DNA of 37,867 nucleotides from Actinomycetota bacterium (GTDB lineage Bacteria; Actinomycetota; Acidimicrobiia; Acidimicrobiales; Ilumatobacteraceae): assembly GCA_039795205.1 (NCBI GenBank), contig JBDKEO010000035.1, positions 1 to 37,867 on the forward strand, in the 5' to 3' direction. The first letter of the stretch is position 1; each line of letters begins with the position of its first letter. The notes under the pieces were generated by a model, which saw only the letters and a list, made by a program, of their open reading frames with translations, was not told the DNA's origin and did not search any database. Below, piece by piece: positions 18,729-27,201 of this stretch. A program made the translations under genes and the position numbers.

Positions 18729-20448
18729 CGGATCGACCCGTCTCGTAGGAAGTGACGAGTTCGCGGTATTCCTTGAGACGCTCCATCAGTTCGTCATGAT
18801 CACCGATTCCTTGAATCTGCCCATGAGCAATGAAGATGATGTGATCGGCTGCACGAATTGCTGACGGACGAGATGCAGCCATCAACACGGCGGGTCGTGG
18901 TTGCATCTCCCGGAGATGCTGCAAAACCCGAAGTTCATTGGTCGAATCAAGGGCGGATGTCGTATCATCCAGGAGCAACAAGTCGTTTTTGCGACAAAGT
19001 GCGCGTGCGAGCGCCAGCCGTTGCCGCTGCCCGCCGCTCAGTCCGACTCCACGCTCTCCGGTCGGCGTCTCCAGTCCAGCTGGAAGTTCGTCGAGAAACT
19101 CAAGAGTGCAAGAGATTCGTAGCGCCTCGTCAAGGAGGGATGCATCGGAGTCTCCAAGTAGCACGTTGTCGCGAATCGTTCCGTCGAACAGGAACGGCTC
19201 CTGAAAGACGATGCTCGTGCGACCTGTGGCCACCGAACCAGTGTCTGCACCCAACAAGCCGGCAACGACCATCAACAAGCTCGACTTGCCGGAACCCGTG
19301 GGACCGACCAAGGCCACCGTCTCCCCTCTCGCAACGGAAAATGTGACGTCACGAAGCACCACATCAGGTCCATATCCGAGAGACACGTTTTCCAGTTCGG
19401 CCACATGAGCCTGATTGCGGACGGTACTCACGGTCGGTTGGGCGGGAGATGACTCGTCAAGGATCTCATCGATCCGGTCCATGCCGCTGCGGGAATGTGG
19501 GAGTTCGCTGAACACGTATCCGATGATTCGGAGCGGGAAAACCAGCAGCGTGAACAAATAGACGAACCCAGACAGTTCTCCGACGGTCAGTGCACCCGAC
19601 TGCACTCGATGCGCGCCGATGACCACGAGCAAGACGTTGATCAGCGCGGGCATGGCGTCCATCAAGCCGTCGAACGTGGCTCTTCCCCTGACTGCGCGGA
19701 TACGTGCTTCCCGCAACCGTTCAGAAATCGATGCCATGCGGTCCGCTTCGCGGGACTCTGCACCAAAGGCCTTGACCACCGAGTAACCCTCGAGACTCTC
19801 GTACGCAGCCTCGGAGAACGCACCCAATTCATGCTGAGCGGTGACGAAGTGACGATCGACCTTGCGCTGATATGTGACGTTCAACAACATCATCAATGGA
19901 AGAACGATGAGTGCGAGAACACCCAACAATGCATCCACCACGATCAGGGCGGCACCTGCGGCCACGATGAGGACCACTACCGAGGTGGCAAACGGCATGG
20001 GTCCGAGCAATGCCACCGCCGCGTCGGCATCGACGCCGGCCCGTGCAACGAGATCGCCAGGCTGCCGAGACAGGTGCCATGTGAGGGGCCTGGCAAGGAG
20101 GGATCGAACGGTCCGCTCTGAGAGAGACGAGGCGGTGCGCCACTGAGTCACCCCCGCGAATGAACGTCGGACCACGACTCCTGTCGCGCGCACGAGCGCG
20201 ATGGCGATGATGACTGCGCAGGCCATTAGATAGGCCCGCCCGACGCTCTCTCGATCCAAGAAGAACGGCTGAATCACCGAGTCGATCAAGCGAGATACGG
20301 CAAAACTCGACGCCACCGTGCATAGCGCATAAATCGCTGCACCGCAGACCGCCACCGTGAATGGACGACGGTGAAAGGAGAGCAACTTGCGAATCAGTGG
20401 GATCGAATGCTTGAGTCGCGTCCTGTCTTCGCGCGACGAAACATCCAT
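18721..20448 (-). CDS. ABC exporter half-transporter (TMD-NBD), degenerate ATPase subunit
   Basis: ATG at 20448 gives 575 aa (ORF open to 20718). Walker A is GPTGSGKSS and the signature LSGGQRQ is canonical. Walker B is LLLLDDTTS (Asp in place of the catalytic Glu) and the H-loop position reads AASRPS (Ser in place of His). Confidence 0.9.
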   Translation of the reverse strand: MDVSSREDRTRLKHSIPLIRKLLSFHRRPFTVAVCGAAIYALCTVASSFAVSRLIDSVIQPFFLDRESVGRAYLMACAVIIAIALVRATGVVVRRSFAGVTQWRTASSLSERTVRSLLARPLTWHLSRQPGDLVARAGVDADAAVALLGPMPFATSVVVLIVAAGAALIVVDALLGVLALIVLPLMMLLNVTYQRKVDRHFVTAQHELGAFSEAAYESLEGYSVVKAFGAESREADRMASISERLREARIRAVRGRATFDGLMDAMPALINVLLVVIGAHRVQSGALTVGELSGFVYLFTLLVFPLRIIGYVFSELPHSRSGMDRIDEILDESSPAQPTVSTVRNQAHVAELENVSLGYGPDVVLRDVTFSVARGETVALVGPTGSGKSSLLMVVAGLLGADTGSVATGRTSIVFQEPFLFDGTIRDNVLLGDSDASLLDEALRISCTLEFLDELPAGLETPTGERGVGLSGGQRQRLALARALCRKNDLLLLDDTTSALDSTNELRVLQHLREMQPRPAVLMAASRPSAIRAADHIIFIAHGQIQGIGDHDELMERLKEYRELVTSYETGRSDG

Positions 20449-20499
20449 CGTCACGAATTGTACGATCACGTGGTGCCAAAACTGAACACTCTCAAACGA

Positions 20500-20988
20500 A
20501 TGGGTCTTGGTGTCGTCATCGCGTTGATGGCAGCCATGTGGGTCTATGCCTTCTTTTTGTCGCCTCGCGAAAGCATCAATCGAGTCGCCGATCGCACGTG
20601 GTCGTCGCGCGCCCAAGAGATTTGCTTGACAGCACGAATCCAGCTTGCAGAATTGGCGGATACTCGCCGCATCCAAAGCACGGATGACCTCCTGATTCGT
20701 TCGGAGTTGGTGGAGCAAGCCACCGAGATTCTCGACCAGATGGTGAAGGACGTCTTCGAGCAGTTGCCATCAGACGAAAAGGGTCTGGCCATCAGCGATC
20801 TATGGCGTGCCGATTACCTGACTTATCTGGATGATCGGCGCGCATACATCGAGCTGCTGCGGCAGGGCAAGAACGAACCGTTCGCTGAGACACGGGTGGA
20901 CGGAATCCCTCTCAGCGAAAAACTCGGCACGTTCGCGCGAGCCAACGACATGGACAGTTGCGCGCCACCTAGCGATCTGTCGGTGTGA
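20500..20988 (+). CDS. Membrane-anchored hypothetical protein (start uncertain)
   Basis: ATG at 20500 gives 162 aa starting MGLGVVIALMAAMWVYAFFL (a TM anchor), then a soluble helical domain with two Cys. GTG codons at 20470 and 20473 are alternative starts. Confidence 0.45.
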   Translation: MGLGVVIALMAAMWVYAFFLSPRESINRVADRTWSSRAQEICLTARIQLAELADTRRIQSTDDLLIRSELVEQATEILDQMVKDVFEQLPSDEKGLAISDLWRADYLTYLDDRRAYIELLRQGKNEPFAETRVDGIPLSEKLGTFARANDMDSCAPPSDLSV

Positions 20989-21607
20989 CCGGAATCCAAC
21001 CCTGGCCATCCACATAGCGCTTGATCACGCGGGCCGGCGCTCCGACGGCTACCGAGTAATCAGGGATGTCGCCGGTCACGACGGAGTTTGCTCCTATCGT
21101 GCAGTGCTTGCCGATGGTCGCTCCCGGCAACACCACTGAGCCGGTTCCGATCCAGGATCCGTCGCCGATCCTCACCGGACGTTCCGCTTGTGTCTGAGTG
21201 GAAATCGGTCGTGTCACGTCCTGATAGCCGTGATTTTGGTCCGTGATGTACACCCGATGTCCGGTCCAGACGTCGTTCCCGATGTGGATTCCCAAATGTC
21301 CGACTATTCCGCTGTCGCGCCCGATCAAGCAGCGATCTCCGATCTCGACGACCGGATTCGTCAGACACGACTGCCCGGGGACCATGCCGGCTGCAAGCGA
21401 AACATTCGGGCCGATGGTGGTACTTGAACCAATCTTGACGTAATGCTCGTTGTACACGTTGGCGAAGGGATACATGATGATGCTTCCCTCGCCGAAGGAG
21501 TGGAACCGTTTCCCCCGCGATGTGTTCGGCCCTATGTGCAGGTTGGCTGCGAGAAAGGAATCCAGACGAGACGCAAGCGCTTCCATCAATCGTGTTCTAC
21601 GAATCAT
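20969..21607 (-). CDS. Hexapeptide-repeat (left-handed beta-helix) acyl/acetyltransferase
   Basis: 212 aa. Repeated [LIV]G-x4 hexapeptides (IGDRCLIGRDSGIVG, IGDGSWIGTGSVVLPGATIGKHCTIGANSVV) resemble maltose/galactoside O-acetyltransferases. It has an ATGA overlap with the upstream gene. Confidence 0.8.
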   Translation of the reverse strand: MIRRTRLMEALASRLDSFLAANLHIGPNTSRGKRFHSFGEGSIIMYPFANVYNEHYVKIGSSTTIGPNVSLAAGMVPGQSCLTNPVVEIGDRCLIGRDSGIVGHLGIHIGNDVWTGHRVYITDQNHGYQDVTRPISTQTQAERPVRIGDGSWIGTGSVVLPGATIGKHCTIGANSVVTGDIPDYSVAVGAPARVIKRYVDGQGWIPVTPTDR

Positions 21608-23046
21608 CGGCGCAGGTTCTCGTCAATCTGTTTGACCCGATATCGCACCGAATGGATGTCCGCACCAGAGAGGATCGCGCCGCGACCAAGAGGAACTCCG
21701 TTCTCCCAATTCGACAATCCAAGCTCAGGTCGTCGAAGTGCGAATTGCCCGTCTACCCATCGAGAGAAACCATCACCGACGAAGGGGCACGAGAGATGGT
21801 TCCACCCGAACTCGTGGTCTGAAGGATCCTCCGAAATGATCGATGCAACGAGGCGGGGCGATGACTCGTTGAACAGCGACACCGCTTGTTCGAAACCGTC
21901 CACGATCAGGACTGTGATTTCCGGATCGTTCTCCCATTCCCATTCCGTCTGCACGACATCGATGTCTGCGGCGACCACCTTCAATCGCGTACTCGAAAAA
22001 TCCACGTAACCGAGTGGGTCGATGTCATGACTCGCGATGACATGGACGATTCCATTGGCATTTCGAGCTGCGGCTGCCTCGTCCACCGCCTTCAGGATGG
22101 TCGTCAACCATTGGGTTGCTTGTGAAATCGGTATCGTCACCACATTGGCGGTATTGCAGACCTTGCGATCGAGCGAGTTTCGCAACGTGGCGAGTAAACG
22201 GGACTGGTCTGCACTGTCGCCAACCAGGAACCACGCTCCCCCCCGCCCGTGCAGGCTGACAGGAACTCCACTCTGACTTGCCACCGAACCAAGATCCTGC
22301 ACGGCTGCCCCACTTCCCCGAGCCACCGCCAACGACACGTCGCCATTGGAGAACAGCGCCCAGCCACTTGCGTGGTCATCACGTGGAATCAAGACGACAC
22401 TGTCTGCAGGAAGGCCATTTTCGAGAAGAGCCACCTCGATCACCTCTTTGATGATCGCCTCGGCGGTACGCCGAGCATCGCGACCGATTCGAAAGACACA
22501 GGAGTTTCCTGTCACCAGTACTCCACATGCGTCGACGACGACGTTGGGTCGCCCCTCGAAGACGAATCCGACGACACCCAGCGGCGCAAGAACTTGACTC
22601 ACGGTCCATGAGTCGTGCCGAACCTCTTCCACCAACACTTCTCGTTGGACGGGTTGGTTTGCCCAAATCTCGAATGATGCCTGCATCGCGTCGAGCATCC
22701 GGTCGTCGAGTCTCAAACGAGTGGTCGATCTCCCGATCGACTCTGCTCGTCGAACATCCTCCTCGTTCACTTCGATGAGGTGACTACGCACTGACGGAAT
22801 CCGCAGGATTTCAGCGGCCCGTCGAAAAAACCCTGAAATGGCCGCCTCGGGCGCAACACGAATTCCCTGGAGCGCCCCCTTGGCTCGTTTTACGCACCCA
22901 TCGACATCACGGATCACCTCGGCCGGAACATGCAGGACACGACCCGAATCGGTCGCGAAAAGTTGGTCTCCATCCTTGAACAGGGAGCGAATATCTGCAG
23001 GGATCGGAATGGGCCTTCCACGGTGCAAAATCGAGCCATCGATCAC
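21604..23046 (-). CDS. Glutamate-5-semialdehyde dehydrogenase (ProA)-like aldehyde dehydrogenase with extra N-terminal region
   Basis: PLGVVGFVFEGRPNVVVDA, a VCNTAN Cys loop and a ProA-like C-terminus. GTG at 23046 is chosen as start. The ORF continues to a TTG at 23160, which would overlap the divergent MBL gene by 82 nt. Confidence 0.7.
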   Translation of the reverse strand: MIDGSILHRGRPIPIPADIRSLFKDGDQLFATDSGRVLHVPAEVIRDVDGCVKRAKGALQGIRVAPEAAISGFFRRAAEILRIPSVRSHLIEVNEEDVRRAESIGRSTTRLRLDDRMLDAMQASFEIWANQPVQREVLVEEVRHDSWTVSQVLAPLGVVGFVFEGRPNVVVDACGVLVTGNSCVFRIGRDARRTAEAIIKEVIEVALLENGLPADSVVLIPRDDHASGWALFSNGDVSLAVARGSGAAVQDLGSVASQSGVPVSLHGRGGAWFLVGDSADQSRLLATLRNSLDRKVCNTANVVTIPISQATQWLTTILKAVDEAAAARNANGIVHVIASHDIDPLGYVDFSSTRLKVVAADIDVVQTEWEWENDPEITVLIVDGFEQAVSLFNESSPRLVASIISEDPSDHEFGWNHLSCPFVGDGFSRWVDGQFALRRPELGLSNWENGVPLGRGAILSGADIHSVRYRVKQIDENLRR

Positions 23047-23078
23047 GGCTCCATCGTAGGACCACGTAAAGTTCGAAC

Positions 23079-23798
23079 GTGCCTGGCAGCGGTGGTCATG
23101 ATCTCTACTTTCGACAATTGCTCTCCGGACGCGATTTTGCCCGCGACGATCAAGTGGCAAACCAGATGCGCAACTTTGCCTATTTGATCGGCGACCCTAG
23201 AACGCGTAGGTGTGCGGTGATCGATCCCGCTTACGCGCCGCTTGAACTTCTCCAGATTGCTGCCGATGACGGGTTTGAAGTGGATTCGATCCTCATTTCG
23301 CATTATCACGCCGACCACTGCGGAGGGCGAATGATGGGTATGAGTCTTCCTGGAATCGTCGAAATCTTGAGCGCTCGATCCATGCCCGTGTTCGTCAATC
23401 GAAACGAAAGCGAGTGGATCATGAAGACCACCGGAGTCTCCATCGACTCGCTGAAGCTCGTCGAAGGCGGAGATGTTCTCGATGTCGGAGACGTTCGAGT
23501 CAGCCTCCTCCACACGCCAGGCCACACACCAGGCAGTCAATGTTTCATGGTCGACGGTCGACTGGTTTCGGGTGACACGATTTTCCTCGATGGATGTGGC
23601 CGAACCGATCTTCCTGGCGGAAATCCCGAAGATCTCTTTCGCAGCCTCGCCAAACTTGCGCAGTTGCCGGACGACACCGATCTCTACCCCGGTCACGACT
23701 ACTCACGGAAGACACACGCGCAGTTCAGCGAGGTCAAGCTGCACAACGTCGTGTATCGCGCGCAGACGATGGATGACTGGTTGAGACTGTTCGGCTAG
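23079..23798 (+). CDS. MBL-fold metallo-hydrolase (glyoxalase II / ETHE1 persulfide dioxygenase-like)
   Basis: 239 aa with GTG start. Contains LYFRQL..., SHYHADHCGG (HxHxDH), HTPGHTPGS, GDTIFLDGCGRTDLPGG and YPGHDY. Confidence 0.85.
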   Translation: MPGSGGHDLYFRQLLSGRDFARDDQVANQMRNFAYLIGDPRTRRCAVIDPAYAPLELLQIAADDGFEVDSILISHYHADHCGGRMMGMSLPGIVEILSARSMPVFVNRNESEWIMKTTGVSIDSLKLVEGGDVLDVGDVRVSLLHTPGHTPGSQCFMVDGRLVSGDTIFLDGCGRTDLPGGNPEDLFRSLAKLAQLPDDTDLYPGHDYSRKTHAQFSEVKLHNVVYRAQTMDDWLRLFG

Positions 23799-24518
23799 CT
23801 AGACGATCGCTCCCACGAGCGTGGACAACCCTGCCACTACCAGTAGTCCGAGCACGAGTATTCGAAAACGCGCTTCTGCCAGGCGACCTACGAGCCTGTT
23901 TCCGAGGAGAACGGAAATCGTCATCACTGGAAGACAGACGATGGTCGACACGACGATGGTTGCACTCAAATCGCCAGTGAGTGCGAACAGCGCGACACTG
24001 ATCAGGCCCGACACGAAGAAGATTCGTGCCAACGTGGCTCGGAACTGCAGCATTGGCATCCGTTGCGCCTGCATCGCGAGAACGATCGGTGGCCCATTCG
24101 TGGACGTTGCGATGAGCAGGACTCCACTGAGCACCCCGAGCAGATTCTCCGACCGTCTTCCTACCCGAAATCTGCCACCAAAGGCCACCACCGCCGTCCC
24201 GAACAGCACTGCGAGACCGACGATCAACCGAAGCACTTGGTCGTCCAGCAGGGTGAAGGCCGCATAGCCGAATGGGATGCCAACCAACGACGCGACGATG
24301 TATCGCAGTGCCGTCGAGCGCTGTGCATCGGCTCTGAGCAGTCTGGTTTGCCAACCACTGCTGATGGTTCCGAGACATGCCGACAGCACGACTGCCTCAT
24401 GCACATCTATACGAAGCGCAAAAAGTGGCACTGAAAGTAGGGCAAACCCGAAACCGGTGATCGACTGGAGCAAAGCGGTTGCCGCCACCACCAAAATGAC
24501 GAAGAGGAGATCGCTCAC
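23799..24518 (-). CDS. TauE/SafE-family (DUF81) anion permease or exporter
   Basis: 239 aa, about 7-8 TM helices. The N-terminus (LQSITGFGFALLSVPL) is typical of the family. Its stop directly abuts the MBL gene stop (TAG CTA at 23796-23801). Confidence 0.8.
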   Translation of the reverse strand: MSDLLFVILVVAATALLQSITGFGFALLSVPLFALRIDVHEAVVLSACLGTISSGWQTRLLRADAQRSTALRYIVASLVGIPFGYAAFTLLDDQVLRLIVGLAVLFGTAVVAFGGRFRVGRRSENLLGVLSGVLLIATSTNGPPIVLAMQAQRMPMLQFRATLARIFFVSGLISVALFALTGDLSATIVVSTIVCLPVMTISVLLGNRLVGRLAEARFRILVLGLLVVAGLSTLVGAIV

Positions 24519-24525
24519 TGATTGG

Positions 24526-25881
24526 TCATTTGGTGACGACAGCGTTCACGGACTCTTCGAATATCCGGGTGTGGACATCGACATCGTCAGAGGAATGAAG
24601 GGGGGACAGAAGCGCCATGTTGTGGAACGGCGTCAAGAGCACTCCCCTGTTGAGGGCTGCCAGATGGAAGTACGACTCCAATTCACTGTCGACGGAAGCG
24701 GCTGCGTCTCGTCCATTTCGTGGAGGTGAACTGAACCAGTATTCGGCGCGCACTCCGAGGCGCTGTACGTGCCAGTCAAGACTTCTCGAATTCACGACGT
24801 CTCGCACTCCCTCGGTCCAACGAATCGCCAAGGGTTCAGCTTTGGCAAAGTCCGCAGGCTGGAGTGAATTCGCCAGGGTCGCACGCATCGCCGCCATTCC
24901 GAACGCGCTACCACTCAACGTGCCCCCAACCCCCGAGACATCCACGTCATGACCGTGCATCTGGTCCTCGAGGACTCGCGAAACTGATTCAGCGATTCCG
25001 TATGCAGCGACCGGGACGCCGCCGCCGATCGTCTTGCCGATGATCACGAAGTCCGGCTCCAAATTCCACGCTTTGGTGCAGCCACCTGGTCCTGCACAGA
25101 TCGTGTGCGTTTCATCGATAGCGAGCAAGGTGCCGTGTCGGCGCGTGATCTCGCGGACTCCCTCCAAGTATCCGGGTTCGGGGAGGACGATCCCGATGTT
25201 CGTCAGCGCCGGCTCCATGAGCACCACTGCCACATCACCATGGGACAGGGCTCGATCAAGCGCGTCGAGGTCATTGAACGGCACGGCGCGTGTCGTTGTG
25301 CTTGGCTCCACTTGCGGTCCGATTGCTCCTGGCCGCGAGATCGTCGAGCCATCCTCGGACAGGATCACGAGGGCCTCGTCGACGGTGCCGTGATAACACC
25401 AGTCGTTGACGACGATCATCTTTCGTCGAGTCACATGTCGCGCGAATCGGAGCATGAAACGATTGGCGTCGGTGGCACTCAAACAAAACTGCCACTTCAT
25501 TTTGCCGAATCGATTGCTCAACTCGTTGGCCACCCACAACGCGTCAGCGGTCGGCATCATCGTCGTCAAACCACGCCGAGCCTGTCGGGAAATGGCGTCC
25601 GCAACGTCCTCGCGACCATGCCCCGTCATCGCTCCCGTATCTCCGAGACAAAAATCCACGTAACGGTTTCCGTCGACATCCAGGAACGACACTCCCTCGG
25701 CACTCTCCAGGAACAACGGAAAATCACCCGGCCATCGCACCATCCACGGCATGGGCACACCAGAAAGCATTTGTGCCTTGGCTTCCTGTGCGAGACGACG
25801 GGATTCGGGGTGTGCCTCGATGAAGCGTTCACGCTCCGCCTGCATCGCTGCGGACAAACGCCGTCTATCCACTGCGGTCAT
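24526..25881 (-). CDS. Class-III (GSA-aminomutase-like) PLP aminotransferase
   Basis: ATG at 25881 gives 451 aa (ORF open to 26298). Contains DFCLGDTGAMTGH, LAIDETHT and the PLP-Lys context IGKTIGGGVPVAAYG. It lies 7 nt upstream of the TauE gene on the same strand. Confidence 0.85.
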   Translation of the reverse strand: MTAVDRRRLSAAMQAERERFIEAHPESRRLAQEAKAQMLSGVPMPWMVRWPGDFPLFLESAEGVSFLDVDGNRYVDFCLGDTGAMTGHGREDVADAISRQARRGLTTMMPTADALWVANELSNRFGKMKWQFCLSATDANRFMLRFARHVTRRKMIVVNDWCYHGTVDEALVILSEDGSTISRPGAIGPQVEPSTTTRAVPFNDLDALDRALSHGDVAVVLMEPALTNIGIVLPEPGYLEGVREITRRHGTLLAIDETHTICAGPGGCTKAWNLEPDFVIIGKTIGGGVPVAAYGIAESVSRVLEDQMHGHDVDVSGVGGTLSGSAFGMAAMRATLANSLQPADFAKAEPLAIRWTEGVRDVVNSRSLDWHVQRLGVRAEYWFSSPPRNGRDAAASVDSELESYFHLAALNRGVLLTPFHNMALLSPLHSSDDVDVHTRIFEESVNAVVTK

Positions 25882-25892
25882 TGCTCCATTAT

Positions 25893-25904
25893 TGGCGATC
25901 GCCA
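25893..25904. promoter_or_regulatory. Perfect 12-bp palindrome TGGCGATCGCCA in the divergent promoter spacer (candidate operator)
   Basis: Read directly from the sequence. It lies in the 69-nt spacer between the aminotransferase ATG (25881) and the M20 amidase GTG (25951). Confidence 0.3.
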
Positions 25905-25950
25905 GTGATTGCCACCAAACCTTTCGAGTGGTGAGGAATACACTCATGAC

Positions 25951-27201
25951 GTGGTGTCGACTCTGCAGATCAACGGTCCGCGCCTGATGCGCAGGATCTT
26001 CGAACTGGCCGAGGTGGGCGCGATTCCCAACGGCGGTTGCGCACGCCTCGCCCTCACCGACGATGACCGAGCTGGTCGTGATTTGGTCGTTGCCTGGATG
26101 AGGGAACTCGCACTTGAGGTGACGATCGACAAGGTGGGCAACGTCGTCGGTACTTGGCAAGTGGGCTCGGGTGCACCGGTCATGACGGGATCGCACATCG
26201 ATACCGTGCGCACAGGCGGAAAGTACGACGGCAATCTCGGCGTCCTTGCCGGCCTGGAAGTGATTCAAACGATGCAGGAATCCGGACTCGTTCCGCAACG
26301 TCCGATTTCGGTTGCTTTCTTCACCAATGAAGAGGGTGCTCGTTTTGCGCCCGACATGCTCGGCTCATTGGTATACGTAGGTGGAATGAGCGTCGAAGCG
26401 GCCTTGGAGACGACGTCGATCGACGGAAAGAACTTCGGCGAGGAGCTCCGTGAGATTGGTTATGCAGGACCCGTGCCGTGCCCTGGCCCGACACCCCATG
26501 CATTCGTCGAGTTGCACATCGAACAGGGGCCGGTTCTGGAGGCCGAAGGAATCACGATTGGCTGCGTGGATGGCGTACAGGGAATCTCTTGGTCGGAACT
26601 CGAGATCCTCGGACAAAGCAACCATGCCGGCACCACCCCCATGGCACTCCGACATGATCCCGCCTATGTCGTGGGCCGAATCACCGTCTTCCTACGAGAG
26701 CTCGCGACCAAGATGGGACCACCGCAGGTCTGCACTGTCGGCAAGATCGACATCCACCCGAATTTGATCAATGTCGTGCCTGCGCGCGCCACGATGACCA
26801 TCGACGTGCGCAACACGGACGAGGCGCGGCTCCGCGAAGCAGAGTCGGAGATCACCGACTTCCTCGCCCATCTGGAGAAGGCTGAAGGCGTCACCATCAA
26901 CAAGCGGCAGCTTGCTCGTTTCGAGCCCGTCGTCTTCGACCCACGGGTGATCAAACTGATCGACGAATGCGCCAACGACATGGGTTTGTCGAGGAAGCAG
27001 ATGCCGAGTGGTGCAGGGCACGATGCACAGATGCTCGCGCGTGTTTGTCCGACTGCGATGATCTTCGTGCCGAGCGTGCGCGGGATCAGCCACAATCCTG
27101 CGGAGTTCACTAGCGAGGAGGACTTGGTGCTCGGTTCCACCCTGTTGCTCCGCGTCATGCATCGTCTATCGGAGACCGAATTCGCAGGCGTGTCATCGTG
27201 A
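25951..27201 (+). CDS. M20-family amidase of the hydantoinase/carbamoylase group (N-carbamoyl-L-amino-acid hydrolase / allantoate amidohydrolase / beta-ureidopropionase type)
   Basis: GTG at 25951, with GGTGAGGAA 12 nt upstream, gives 416 aa. An alternative TTG lies at 25909. Contains INGPRLMRRIFELAEVG, GSHIDTVRTGGKYDGNLGVLAGLEVI and SGAGHDAQ. Confidence 0.85.
   Translation: MVSTLQINGPRLMRRIFELAEVGAIPNGGCARLALTDDDRAGRDLVVAWMRELALEVTIDKVGNVVGTWQVGSGAPVMTGSHIDTVRTGGKYDGNLGVLAGLEVIQTMQESGLVPQRPISVAFFTNEEGARFAPDMLGSLVYVGGMSVEAALETTSIDGKNFGEELREIGYAGPVPCPGPTPHAFVELHIEQGPVLEAEGITIGCVDGVQGISWSELEILGQSNHAGTTPMALRHDPAYVVGRITVFLRELATKMGPPQVCTVGKIDIHPNLINVVPARATMTIDVRNTDEARLREAESEITDFLAHLEKAEGVTINKRQLARFEPVVFDPRVIKLIDECANDMGLSRKQMPSGAGHDAQMLARVCPTAMIFVPSVRGISHNPAEFTSEEDLVLGSTLLLRVMHRLSETEFAGVSS

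Noticed and set aside
25882-26298. 139-codon in-frame upstream extension of the aminotransferase ORF
   Set aside because: The extension has no aminotransferase homology and would overlap the divergent M20 amidase gene by about 350 nt. The conserved N-terminus begins at the ATG at 25881.
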